The notes under the pieces were generated by a model that saw only the letters and a program-made list of their open reading frames with translations, did no database searches and was not told the origin of the DNA. A stretch of 34,122 bases of DNA from an uncultured Fidelibacterota bacterium (GTDB lineage: Bacteria; Fidelibacterota; Marinisomatia; Marinisomatales; UBA1611): NCBI GenBank assembly GCA_913040915.1, contig CAJWHW010000024.1, positions 1 to 34,122 of the forward strand. Reading direction: 5' to 3'. Below, piece after piece: positions 18,891 through 28,575 of the stretch (its first letter is position 1; each line of letters opens with the position of its first letter). The translations under genes and the position numbers were made by a program.

Positions 18891-19962
18891 TCTGTTCATA
18901 TTCAGCCATAGCTTTAATTAAGGCGTCTATTCCTTCTTCCGGCATCGCATTATAAATTGAAGCACGGAACCCTCCAAGAGAGCGATGACCTTTTAGAGTA
19001 TGTAGTCCACGTTTTACACAAAATTCTATAAAATCTCTATCATTTTTTTCTGTATCTGTAAAAATAAATGGAATATTCATCATAGACCTGTCTTCTTTTA
19101 CAACTGGAGACTTAAATAGCGTGTTACGATCAATCTCATGATAAAGTTTTTCAGCTTTATTTCGATTTATTAATTCAATGGTTTTTAAACCCCCAATGTT
19201 TTCCAACCATTTCAATGTTTCATTCACAACAAAGACAGAAAAAACCGGTGGAGTATTGAACATGGAATCCGTTTTAATATGGGTCTCATAATTTAGCATG
19301 GTAGGTAATTCGCGATAATTTTTCCCCACTAAATTATCCCGAATAATTACCAATGTAACACCTGCAGGTCCCATATTTTTTTGCGCACCTGCATATATCA
19401 GACCAAAATCTGAAACATTCATTGGTTTGGATAAAATATCTGAAGACATATCAGCCGCTAAAAATCCATCAGGGTTCAGTACTTGTGGTAATACTTTATA
19501 TTGAGTTCCATATATAGTATTATTGCTTGTTATATGGAGATATGTTGCATCGATATTTTGTTCATAAATTTTAGGAATAAAAGAAAAAGTTGAACTCTGT
19601 GAACTGCCAACCACATTTGCTTTTCCAATCTTATTACATTCAGCAATAGCCTTTGTTGACCATGAACCCGTTTCTATATAATCTGCTTGACCATTTTCTG
19701 GTAATAAATTGAGCGGTAACATTGAAAATTGAGTGGATGCACCGCCCTGCAACCAAAGGACATGGTAATTCTCTGGTATATTCAATAACGAACGTAGATT
19801 TTGGGTCGTTTCTTCAAATAATGAAATAATTAATGCAGACCGGTGACTAATTTCTAAAATGCTCATTCCAGAATTTTTATATTCTAATACTGCTTTTCTG
19901 GATGCTACTATAACCGGGTCTGGTAAACATGCCGGACCAGCTGAGAAGTTGAATGTTTTCAT
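18880..19962 (-). CDS. serC: Phosphoserine aminotransferase
   Basis: [35 protein letters not shown] (PLP lysine), [23 protein letters not shown]. Confidence 0.98.
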   Translation of the reverse strand: MKTFNFSAGPACLPDPVIVASRKAVLEYKNSGMSILEISHRSALIISLFEETTQNLRSLLNIPENYHVLWLQGGASTQFSMLPLNLLPENGQADYIETGSWSTKAIAECNKIGKANVVGSSQSSTFSFIPKIYEQNIDATYLHITSNNTIYGTQYKVLPQVLNPDGFLAADMSSDILSKPMNVSDFGLIYAGAQKNMGPAGVTLVIIRDNLVGKNYRELPTMLNYETHIKTDSMFNTPPVFSVFVVNETLKWLENIGGLKTIELINRNKAEKLYHEIDRNTLFKSPVVKEDRSMMNIPFIFTDTEKNDRDFIEFCVKRGLHTLKGHRSLGGFRASIYNAMPEEGIDALIKAMAEYEQINQ

Positions 19963-20119
19963 TGGGCTTGTATTCAGTAATTAAATGATAGATAAAATTA
20001 CCGGGATTTCTAATGCAATATAAAGAAATTCCTAGTCAAATTATCTTTGGTTTTAAAAAATACCCCGCCAAATTAAAGTTAAGAAACTTGACAGGGTTTT
20101 ATTAAAACGATTTAGATTT

Positions 20120-21112
20120 TTAAGGTCGTTGAATTCTATAAGGGATGGACCAAACTGATGTATTGTAGCCACCATCATCTACAAATATAGTGGCTAAATC
20201 TACTGTTTCAAAAAATGATCTAAACCCACGCTGTTGGAATCCAAATCCAGGACCATGAGCTCTCCAGCCACCGGTGTGTATATTGTCATTTATAACTGAA
20301 TCCAAAAACATACCCTTATCATTTAAATGTTTTCTTCCACGCATTTCAAAACTCCTACCATAATTCTTAAGAACCCATTCACCAACGCCAGTACTATCAG
20401 AATTCAATTCTGGTCCACTATTAGTAACAGATACTTCGATTAAATAGGGCATAAAAGCAGTAAAATTTGGTAAGGCTTCACGATCAATAAATAAATCTCC
20501 TATCCCATCGGTGTTGAACTGGTAGAGTAATTCACCTTGTTCCATTAAATTCGTGAATTCATAGATAGATATACTACTGATTGATACTTTATCTCCGGAA
20601 CCGCCAACTAATGGTGTAAGCGCATTCACTTTCCAATCATACCCCTCCGAGCTATTGGGATTATCAACTTGGTTGAAACGAACTTTTCGAATGAAACTTG
20701 TTGAGAATTCTTTAGTAAAACTGATGGAATCAATTTGAGTATTAACAGTCGTATCAAATGCTTTTACATACAAAGTTCCATTTAGACTGTAGGTGACAAG
20801 ACCTACGGCTGTATCTCCATCTACATCAAAATCAACAGTCCTATTACGATCAGTAATACGTCTTCCAAAACGAATTCTGTATCCTTCTCCATATGCTAAT
20901 GTATCACTGAATGTCTTGGCTATCCCACTTATCTCCAAACCAGTTTCAAAATCAAGTTCCACATCACCATTGGTATCAAATCCATCCATTCCCAATACAT
21001 CATCTGAATCCAAAAGGGCTAATAGCGTAGTTTCTATATTTATTTGATTTTGATCTGTGCACCCATTGAATAAGATCAAAGTTAACATTGTGATTAAAGA
21101 TATTTTTTTCAT
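20120..21112 (-). CDS. Hypothetical lipoprotein, last gene of the ECF operon
   Basis: MKK, hydrophobic stretch, lipobox LFNGC. Beta-rich mature region. Confidence 0.8.
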   Translation of the reverse strand: MKKISLITMLTLILFNGCTDQNQINIETTLLALLDSDDVLGMDGFDTNGDVELDFETGLEISGIAKTFSDTLAYGEGYRIRFGRRITDRNRTVDFDVDGDTAVGLVTYSLNGTLYVKAFDTTVNTQIDSISFTKEFSTSFIRKVRFNQVDNPNSSEGYDWKVNALTPLVGGSGDKVSISSISIYEFTNLMEQGELLYQFNTDGIGDLFIDREALPNFTAFMPYLIEVSVTNSGPELNSDSTGVGEWVLKNYGRSFEMRGRKHLNDKGMFLDSVINDNIHTGGWRAHGPGFGFQQRGFRSFFETVDLATIFVDDGGYNTSVWSIPYRIQRP

Positions 21113-21145
21113 AATTCTTTATCCTACTTTATTACGTATTATTCA

Positions 21146-21667
21146 TTAAAATCCACGGCGGCGCTTGCCACCCCATTTTTTCTTTTTACCGTGATTCCTT
21201 TTATTTGCCCTTTCCTTTAATTCACCTCGAATATCACGCATCATTTTTTGCTTAAACACGCCCAGATTAGCCAACTGCCTGGGCGAAAGAATATCATCCA
21301 TGCCCAATAGGAACTCTGATTCAAACTCTATATGCTTCTTCCTTAATTCTGTTATTCTATTTATGGTGGCTTTCACATCAGATTTGGCTATATCTTGTTC
21401 TGCTTTTAATTTTATTCTCATATCTTTGCCAAGCGCTTTTTCCATCTTTTTAAGTTCATCCAGTTCTTCCCTATGCTTTCTGAATCTGGGGAAAAATTTT
21501 TCTGCCTGTTCCGGGGTTAAGTCTAATTCTTCCGTAAGACGCCATACCATCATCATTTCCATTCTTTTTTCTCTTTTTCCATGATCTATTTCAAACTCAT
21601 CAAAATCATTAGGCTGTTTCTGTCCAAAGAGCTCCGTTAAGATGAATAATATTAACATGTATTTCAC
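21146..21667 (-). CDS. Spy/CpxP-like periplasmic helical protein
   Basis: Short signal peptide, LTEELDLTPEQ and ILSPRQ (LTxxQ-type repeats), Met-rich. Confidence 0.75.
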   Translation of the reverse strand: MKYMLILFILTELFGQKQPNDFDEFEIDHGKREKRMEMMMVWRLTEELDLTPEQAEKFFPRFRKHREELDELKKMEKALGKDMRIKLKAEQDIAKSDVKATINRITELRKKHIEFESEFLLGMDDILSPRQLANLGVFKQKMMRDIRGELKERANKRNHGKKKKWGGKRRRGF

Positions 21668-22053
21668 AATGCAATCTCCTTATTATATTCAATTTCATGA
21701 AGTAAATCCATAGTTTCCCAAAGATTATCTTCTTCTAACAAAAAATAAGCTAATTCATCTATATAACTAGAATTATCCATCATGGTAGTATCTGAGATAT
21801 TCCAAAAATCTAATTCAAAGTAATTTGATTCAATTTCTTCTACGTAAAAGGTGTTCTCAACTATAGCTACACCTAACTGTGTATAGGTAGAAAAGAATAA
21901 TATAAATACCAAAGCCAAAGCAGTAACAAATGTTTCTTTATTACGCTCGGCCTTTTCAACACGTTCATGAAGTTTATTTAAAAATATGTTTTCATCAACA
22001 ATCGATTTTTTATTCGAATTTAGACTAATTAATTGTTTTTCAAATTTATTCAT
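21664..22053 (-). CDS. Probable single-pass membrane anti-sigma factor
   Basis: Overlaps the ECF sigma stop by 4 nt. Short cytoplasmic N-terminus, one TM segment (FVTALALVFILFF), acidic C-terminal region. Confidence 0.65.
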   Translation of the reverse strand: MNKFEKQLISLNSNKKSIVDENIFLNKLHERVEKAERNKETFVTALALVFILFFSTYTQLGVAIVENTFYVEEIESNYFELDFWNISDTTMMDNSSYIDELAYFLLEEDNLWETMDLLHEIEYNKEIAL

Positions 22054-22586
22054 AATTGCAACATTTCTTTTAATGTATTTAGTGCGTGATGATAATTCAC
22101 TTTAGCTGTATTCTCAGACATCCCAGTAATCTCTGCAATATCCTTGTAAGGTAAATTTTGAGCAATGCGCATTATCACCACTGTCCGTTGTTTTTTTGGC
22201 AATATACCAATTGCATCCCATAGCTCTTTACGAATCCATGCGTCTTCCAATTCTGTATCTTCTGCACCTCGATCCGGAACCTGGTCGATATGGAGAAAAT
22301 GTTTCCATCTATTTCGTGTAAGCCATGAATTGGCTGTATTAACATTGATTTTATAAAGGTAGGTTGTAAAGGCTGCTTTAAACTGAAAATTTTTAAGATG
22401 CCTATGTAATTTAAAAAATACGTCTTGCGCCAAATCTTCTGCAGCCATTTGGTCATGGGTAATATTATAGAAAAAACCCACTGTATTGGATAGATGCCTA
22501 CGAACAATCTTGTCAAAGGCTGATAGTATCCCTTTTTGATATTCTTTAATGAGTTCATGGTCACTTTGCATATCATTGTACCCCAT
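22050..22586 (-). CDS. ECF-family RNA polymerase sigma factor
   Basis: Region 2 AEDLAQDVFFK...FTTYLYKI.VN and region 4 LPKKQRTV...YKDIAEITGMSENTAKVNYHHA. The true start is probably the Met at 22571. Confidence 0.95.
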   Translation of the reverse strand: MGYNDMQSDHELIKEYQKGILSAFDKIVRRHLSNTVGFFYNITHDQMAAEDLAQDVFFKLHRHLKNFQFKAAFTTYLYKINVNTANSWLTRNRWKHFLHIDQVPDRGAEDTELEDAWIRKELWDAIGILPKKQRTVVIMRIAQNLPYKDIAEITGMSENTAKVNYHHALNTLKEMLQL

Positions 22587-22588
22587 AA

Positions 22589-22614
22589 GACGCTGAACGT
22601 CGCTAAAGGTTAAA
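22589..22614 (-). promoter_or_regulatory. Putative autoregulatory ECF promoter
   Basis: Minus strand TTTAAC-N16-CGTC (AAC at 22611-22609, CGTC at 22592-22589), matching the general ECF consensus AAC-N16/17-CGT. Confidence 0.65.
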
Positions 22615-22702
22615 AAACTTTTTTATTTTTAACCATTGTCATTTTTCTTGAAGTAAAAGCATATTATTTTCTTTCTGTTTAATAATTATTACCATTTTCT
22701 TT

Positions 22703-25700
22703 ATGAAGAAAATCTTGCAAATACCAACACCTAATCCTGAACAAGCATCAGCCATAAACCACCCTCCTGCACCTTTAATGATCCTAGCCGGTGCAGGAAC
22801 TGGAAAGACATTTACCTTATTACATAGAATTAAACATCTCATTATGTCTGATCAAGTGAAGCCTGAACACGTATTGTTACTAACCTTTACAGAAAAGGCT
22901 ACTGCTGAAGCAAAAGAGTCAATAAGTAAAATGCTAGGCGAAAATGCGAACGATATTTTCACAGGTACTTTCCACAGCTTTTGTCATTCTATCATGCGTC
23001 GTTTTGGGCCAGAAGACAAATTGAGTGATGTCTTATGGCAGGAAAGTGATATTTTATATTTTTTGATAAATCATTTTGGCGAAATGGATTTTATTCAGTC
23101 TAGAGTATTTGCAGATAATCCTATTAGAGCAATCCGGGAATCGTTTATACCTTTTTTCAATAGGGTTAGCGATGAACTTCTTACCCCGGAAGAATTGATT
23201 ATCAAAATCAAGAAAATTGATAATTCACAAAATTGGTTTTTAAAAAATTTTCCCGGTATTCATGACAAGAATACAGATTTTGAAGATGTCGAATTTCAGC
23301 TTCGAGATCTTGTCCAGGCCTATGTATTTTTCCAAAATGCAAAAGCAAATAACAATGTAATAGATTTCGGGGATATGATCCTGGGCTGTTACAATATTCT
23401 TAAAAATAATCAATCTGCCTTAAAGCAGATCAGAAGAGAATACAGGCACATCTTTATTGATGAATACCAGGACAATAACTATGCTCTGAATAAGATTGTG
23501 AATTTCATTATAGAAAAAAAACCCAGTATTACAGTTGTAGGAGATGAAGATCAATGTATTTATTCATTCCGCGGAGCAAATTATTATAACATTTCTGATT
23601 TCAGAAAACGGTATGAATCTCATCCAAATTATGTAGAAATACCACTAGTTGAAAATCGTCGCTCTACTCAGGAAATTCTTGACCTAGCCAATGCATCCAT
23701 CAAACTAAATCCGGATCGAACACCTAAAGTCTTAACATGCCTGCCAGAAAATGCGGAAACGGGTCCAAAACCCAGATGGATCCAAGCAAATAAGACAGAG
23801 ACGTTGGATGCATTACCAACATTGATTCAGTCCTTGGTCAAAGAAGGACAAGCACTCTATGGCGATATTGTTGTATTATGCCGCGGCTGGGGTAATGTAA
23901 ATGAAGCAGCCAATACAATGGAGAAAGCTGCTATACCGGTGGACATTCATATTGAAAAACTTTTCGATGTTCCTATTGTGAAAGATGTATTGGCCTGGGG
24001 TCATTTGATCTCTCAGAATGAGTTTGCGGATATTGCACTCTATCGAATTTTGCGCGAGCGAGTTGGAGAATCCTGGGCAGGCGATTATTTCCAAAAAATG
24101 GAGAATAAGTCTATTCAAGAAAAACTTGATGAATTAAACAAGATGAGGAATGATACTAACGAAATAGATATATTGATGAATTCTATTACTGCTCTTCATG
24201 AAGCTATGGTTAAAAAACTAAAGGCTGATGAAATGGTCTGGCAAATACTTACAATAATAAAAGATTCGTTTTTAATTAAATCAATTCGCAACGATTACCG
24301 CTATAATCATCGACTGAATCTTGCGAATGCAGGTGAAATAATGAATCTGGCAGAACAATTCGTAAATAAGTCCCCTGAAGCAAATTTTAAGAATTGGCTT
24401 GAATTCATGCAAGTAATGTCAATGTCAACTAATCAAATTGCAGCGCAGCCAGAAATTGAAAATGGAAATCTTGCAGTTCAAGTAATGACAATTCACCAGA
24501 GTAAAGGACTTCAGTTCCCTGTGGTCATTATGCCATTTTTATATAGTGGCAGTTTCCCATCTAGTCTTAAAAAACATGCTATCATTGACCGATTACCTAT
24601 ATCGTGGATGGCATGGGAGCAAGGTGCTGACACTGATTTTCGTGAATTGCACAATCGAGAAGAACGCCGTGTCTTCTACGTAGGGGTTACCCGCGCAAAA
24701 AAACAACTATATTTATTTGGACCAACTTCAAGGCAATCCCTTTTTATAAAAGAATTAGAAAACATTGACCCTAAACCCATGGAGATAATTACCATGAATA
24801 CAACCAAAATTCCCACAATCAAAATGAGTAAAGAACGCCAAAATTTATTGGTAAAACTCAACAGAGAAATCGCTTCAAATCAATTAGGAAATGCCCGGGA
24901 AATTTTAGATCAAATGATGCAGGATAAGGATGATGATTTATGTGAAGGTGACCCCACTCCTTTAACAAATTCAACTCTCACCTTATCATCGACCAAAATT
25001 GAAACCTACAATTCATGTCCATTAAAATATAGATTAAAATATATAGATAAAGTTCCAGAACGGAAAACTCGAGCTACTGGTGAATTCGGATCAATTATGC
25101 ATAGTATTTTAGAAGAATTCCACGGTTTAGAAGCAAATAAGCAAACCGAGAAAACATTATTAGATCTTTTAGAAAAATATTGGCGTGAAGATTCATTTGA
25201 ATATCGTCAACGAGGCGATGAATTCCGTAAACAAGGTGAAGAATTATTATCAGATTATTTTCTTTTTTTTCAGAATAATCCAACCAATGTAATTGGTCGA
25301 GAGAAGAGTTTTACATATATGATGGAAGATATAAATGTGAAAATATCCGGAAAAATCGACCGTATTGATGATCATGGAGATTCTTTAGGAATTGTAGATT
25401 ATAAAACTAGTCGAAAAAAGCAAAAAGTAATTAAGAATATCCAGATGGCATTGTACACTGAAGCGCTGCTCCATGGTGCAGTTGAAGGTATTAGTGGAAA
25501 ACCCGGTGATGCCAGTCTACACTTTTTACGTTTTGGAGATGATCCCATCGCATCTCACAGGTTTACAGATGAAGAATTGGAAGAATACCGAGATACGATC
25601 AAGGGTGTTGCATCAGGTATTCGATCAGGATCATTTGAAACTAATAAGGATGACTATAACTGTCAATATTGTGATTATAAAGAATTTCTCTGCCCTGCAT

Positions 25701-25711
25701 GGGAAGAATAA
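22703..25711 (+). CDS. UvrD/PcrA-family SF1A helicase fused to a C-terminal PD-(D/E)xK nuclease with a four-Cys Fe-S staple (AdnAB/AddB-like)
   Basis: Helicase motifs AGAGTGKT, TFTEKA, TFHSFC, DEYQD, VGDEDQCIYSFRGA, TIHQSKGLQF and EERRVFYVGVTRAK. Nuclease motifs CPLKY, GKIDRID, DYKT, QMALY and CQYC...LCP. Confidence 0.93.
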   Translation: MKKILQIPTPNPEQASAINHPPAPLMILAGAGTGKTFTLLHRIKHLIMSDQVKPEHVLLLTFTEKATAEAKESISKMLGENANDIFTGTFHSFCHSIMRRFGPEDKLSDVLWQESDILYFLINHFGEMDFIQSRVFADNPIRAIRESFIPFFNRVSDELLTPEELIIKIKKIDNSQNWFLKNFPGIHDKNTDFEDVEFQLRDLVQAYVFFQNAKANNNVIDFGDMILGCYNILKNNQSALKQIRREYRHIFIDEYQDNNYALNKIVNFIIEKKPSITVVGDEDQCIYSFRGANYYNISDFRKRYESHPNYVEIPLVENRRSTQEILDLANASIKLNPDRTPKVLTCLPENAETGPKPRWIQANKTETLDALPTLIQSLVKEGQALYGDIVVLCRGWGNVNEAANTMEKAAIPVDIHIEKLFDVPIVKDVLAWGHLISQNEFADIALYRILRERVGESWAGDYFQKMENKSIQEKLDELNKMRNDTNEIDILMNSITALHEAMVKKLKADEMVWQILTIIKDSFLIKSIRNDYRYNHRLNLANAGEIMNLAEQFVNKSPEANFKNWLEFMQVMSMSTNQIAAQPEIENGNLAVQVMTIHQSKGLQFPVVIMPFLYSGSFPSSLKKHAIIDRLPISWMAWEQGADTDFRELHNREERRVFYVGVTRAKKQLYLFGPTSRQSLFIKELENIDPKPMEIITMNTTKIPTIKMSKERQNLLVKLNREIASNQLGNAREILDQMMQDKDDDLCEGDPTPLTNSTLTLSSTKIETYNSCPLKYRLKYIDKVPERKTRATGEFGSIMHSILEEFHGLEANKQTEKTLLDLLEKYWREDSFEYRQRGDEFRKQGEELLSDYFLFFQNNPTNVIGREKSFTYMMEDINVKISGKIDRIDDHGDSLGIVDYKTSRKKQKVIKNIQMALYTEALLHGAVEGISGKPGDASLHFLRFGDDPIASHRFTDEELEEYRDTIKGVASGIRSGSFETNKDDYNCQYCDYKEFLCPAWEE

Positions 25712-25735
25712 ATCTGCATTCTTTTGTTGTTTTAC

Positions 25736-26155
25736 CTAAGGTGTTTTGATAATCTGATATTCTAACCTGCCTGTAAAATTATCACCTAAAAGAGAAATTT
25801 TTCTAGGAGAGCCTATACCTGAAATAGAGTTTGTGCTTGTCCATACGATATTACTCAAAAGATAGGGCTGAAATATTGTATCACCGGAATCATTCATCAT
25901 TAACAATAATGTAGAATCAGAATTACTGATTTTCACATCAGAAAGGATAAGCGTTGTTAAAATAGAGTCCGTTGTGTCTGTTGCTAAGGATAACTGCCAT
26001 TCATGTTCTTCTGAAAAATCATCTCCATTCACAGACAATGAAAAATAATCTATATTGTTTACCACAGCCGGAATATTCTCTAATAATCCATCTTTATAAT
26101 CTGGTGGTGTAACACATCCAGTAAACAAAAGCAAATAAAGTGTGAGTTTTTTCAT
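25736..26155 (-). CDS. Hypothetical lipoprotein
   Basis: MKKLTLYLLLFTGC lipobox. Overlaps the rmuC stop by 4 nt. Confidence 0.8.
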   Translation of the reverse strand: MKKLTLYLLLFTGCVTPPDYKDGLLENIPAVVNNIDYFSLSVNGDDFSEEHEWQLSLATDTTDSILTTLILSDVKISNSDSTLLLMMNDSGDTIFQPYLLSNIVWTSTNSISGIGSPRKISLLGDNFTGRLEYQIIKTP

Positions 26156-27249
26156 GGCTCGATACTTTTTACTTCTTTAGTCCCTAATTCTAATTCTTCA
26201 ATTTTTTCCATTGGTTTTTCAAGAGCCCTACGCCTTGTCCCGCTTAATTCTTCATAATGATTTCCAAGAGAATTTAATGTTTTTCCCATTGCATCAATTT
26301 TAACAATAAAGTTATCCCATTGTTTCCGAAATATGCCTACCAACTCCTGCATTTCACCTGCTTTCTTCTCCATAGCAAAATTGGATACAGCCTGGCGAAT
26401 CAAAGAAAGGATTGCATATAATGTAATAGGTGAACATAACAAAATTTTCTGCTTCAGTGAAAAATCAATTAATTCATGATCTTCTTGGTTTAAAAATGAG
26501 TATATACTTTCATTAGGGATGAATAGCAGGACATAATCAACGGTACCTCCTTTAGGATCAATATAACCACGTTTTGATACTTCCTTGATACGGTCTCTTA
26601 CATCAGATAAAAATTGTTTTTTTTCAGCATCCCGTTCAGAATCTGTTTCAGCAGTTACATATTTTTCATAATGTGCTAAAGGAAATTTCACATCCATATT
26701 AATCGATTTATCATCAGGTAGGTAAAAAGTGAAGTCCGGCCTGTTACTTCCACCAGAAATCTGTTCCTGTTGAGTATAATTCAACCCTTCTACCAGTCCA
26801 ATAAAGTCTAAAATATCTTTTACCATCTTTTCACCCCATTGGCCACGAGCCTGAGAACTGGATAATATCTGTCGCAACTTGTTGGTAGTATTTGTTAATT
26901 CGCCCACACTTGTTTTGGATTCTTCCATTTGACTTTTAAGGGCAACAGTATTTTTTGACAGGTCCTTAAGATTATCCTTCATCTCTTTTAATGCAGAATC
27001 TATCAATTCCTTTTTGGAGTCAAGTTGTGAACCTGAGTTTTCAATTAATTTTGAAAACTCTGTAGAAGCTAGATCTAGGAATTGTTTTTGATTTTGGAGG
27101 AGTGCTTCATTAGATAAATCACCAAAAGATGATTTTAATTCATCCTGACTGTGCTGAATTGAATCTATTTCCTTTTGACGAACAAACCATACTAAACCAC
27201 CACCCAGTACAAAGCCTAGAATAAATAATATAATAACAGTAGAATCCAT
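26152..27249 (-). CDS. rmuC: DNA recombination protein RmuC
   Basis: N-terminal TM helix, coiled coil, RGQWGE, RPDF, DVKFP, LFIPNES, SPITL. Confidence 0.93.
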   Translation of the reverse strand: MDSTVIILFILGFVLGGGLVWFVRQKEIDSIQHSQDELKSSFGDLSNEALLQNQKQFLDLASTEFSKLIENSGSQLDSKKELIDSALKEMKDNLKDLSKNTVALKSQMEESKTSVGELTNTTNKLRQILSSSQARGQWGEKMVKDILDFIGLVEGLNYTQQEQISGGSNRPDFTFYLPDDKSINMDVKFPLAHYEKYVTAETDSERDAEKKQFLSDVRDRIKEVSKRGYIDPKGGTVDYVLLFIPNESIYSFLNQEDHELIDFSLKQKILLCSPITLYAILSLIRQAVSNFAMEKKAGEMQELVGIFRKQWDNFIVKIDAMGKTLNSLGNHYEELSGTRRRALEKPMEKIEELELGTKEVKSIEP

Positions 27250-27252
27250 TTA

Positions 27253-28575
27253 TTAAAGTGTTAGTGCAAAGTCATCCACTAAAATTCCAGGGCAAGTGGT
27301 TGCACCAAGAGATCTACCACCATAGGTTCCTGTTTCCGGATTGATGCTTGCCTTATCTTCCACATCAATGAGATTCTCACCAAAAAAATTGTAAAAAGAA
27401 TCATCAAAGCGCATGGTTTCAATTGGGGCTACTATTTCTCCACCTTCAACCCAGAAACACGCATAACGTGTTAGACCGGTAATGCGCCCACCGGCATTGT
27501 CACTCCAATTCAAATAATGGATATTGGATAAGTATAATCCCTTATCAATTGCGCTGGTAACATCCTTTTGATTTAACAAACCTGGAGACATTTTTGGAGA
27601 TCTCATAAACTCACCACTTTCTGCAAAGTTTGATTCTACATCGTATTCTTTGGCAGACCTGCTGCTTACCAACGTATTTCTTAATTCACCATCCTTAATT
27701 AATATCAGCTGTTCAGAAGAAATTTCTCCATTGGAATTGAATTTTGGACAAAAACCTGGTGTAAAATCTTCTGCCACAGAAAATTTAGGCGATAAGCGTA
27801 CATCATCATGGCGCATACGACCAAATCCACTACATCCTTGTCTTAAAGATGCTTCAGATATACCGTTCCAACTGAACATCCCAAGAAAATCTGCTACTGC
27901 AGCTGATTCAAACCAGGTACGATATTCCCCAGTCTCAATCTTTACGGGCTTCCTTTCCATAAGAGACAATTTTTCCCTCGATCTCCTAACATAGGATTCA
28001 TAGTCATGCTGATTCCAGTCTGAACCTGCAAAAGATCCTTTAACCATTTGATGTTCAGGCGTGACCAATGAATAATCCAAGCTGTAAGATTCAGTCTCAA
28101 ACCAATGTTTCTGCCCTAAGTTATTCGCATTTCCACGAAACATTCTTCCGTTGGCAAGAATGCCAACAAAATCAACGCCATCCACAGCAGGTAAAATAGC
28201 ATCAACAGCATTTTCAAAAGGCAATCCATTAGCTGACTTAACTTCATGACTTGAACCAGCATTTTCTGGCAAAACGACAAATGGGTCTTCTGGAATTTCC
28301 TTCGCTTCCATACGCATCCGTGAAATTTCTACTTTCCCCCGTTCTATATCTGTATCAAAATTCCCAGAAACAGTAAATCCACCATGAACCGTCCGGTTAT
28401 TCACAATGAATTTTAGTTCCATATCTGCATCATCTATTAAACCAGTTTGTCGAACGGTTGCATTATTAAAACGGATAAATTGACTATTTTCACCTGAGAA
28501 TGATAAAATCAGGCTTTCTTCATTTTTTAGTTCTATGAACAATGACTCGCTTAGTGTATTAAAAATATTTTCCAC
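27253..28575 (-). CDS. TldE/PmbA-family protein, non-catalytic partner
   Basis: RFNNA.VRQ, GLY...HYLNWSD...ITGLTRYACFWVE.GEI, no HExxH. Coupled to tldD, GTG start. Confidence 0.88.
   Translation of the reverse strand: MENIFNTLSESLFIELKNEESLILSFSGENSQFIRFNNATVRQTGLIDDADMELKFIVNNRTVHGGFTVSGNFDTDIERGKVEISRMRMEAKEIPEDPFVVLPENAGSSHEVKSANGLPFENAVDAILPAVDGVDFVGILANGRMFRGNANNLGQKHWFETESYSLDYSLVTPEHQMVKGSFAGSDWNQHDYESYVRRSREKLSLMERKPVKIETGEYRTWFESAAVADFLGMFSWNGISEASLRQGCSGFGRMRHDDVRLSPKFSVAEDFTPGFCPKFNSNGEISSEQLILIKDGELRNTLVSSRSAKEYDVESNFAESGEFMRSPKMSPGLLNQKDVTSAIDKGLYLSNIHYLNWSDNAGGRITGLTRYACFWVEGGEIVAPIETMRFDDSFYNFFGENLIDVEDKASINPETGTYGGRSLGATTCPGILVDDFALTL

Noticed and set aside
19995..20040. Inverted repeat upstream of serC as a riboswitch or attenuator
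   Set aside because: It is a weak, imperfect AT-rich stem with no recognisable aptamer or U-tract.
22703..25711. Anti-phage defence system or CRISPR Cas4
   Set aside because: The context is housekeeping, with no cas genes, repeats or defence partners. The architecture fits DNA repair.
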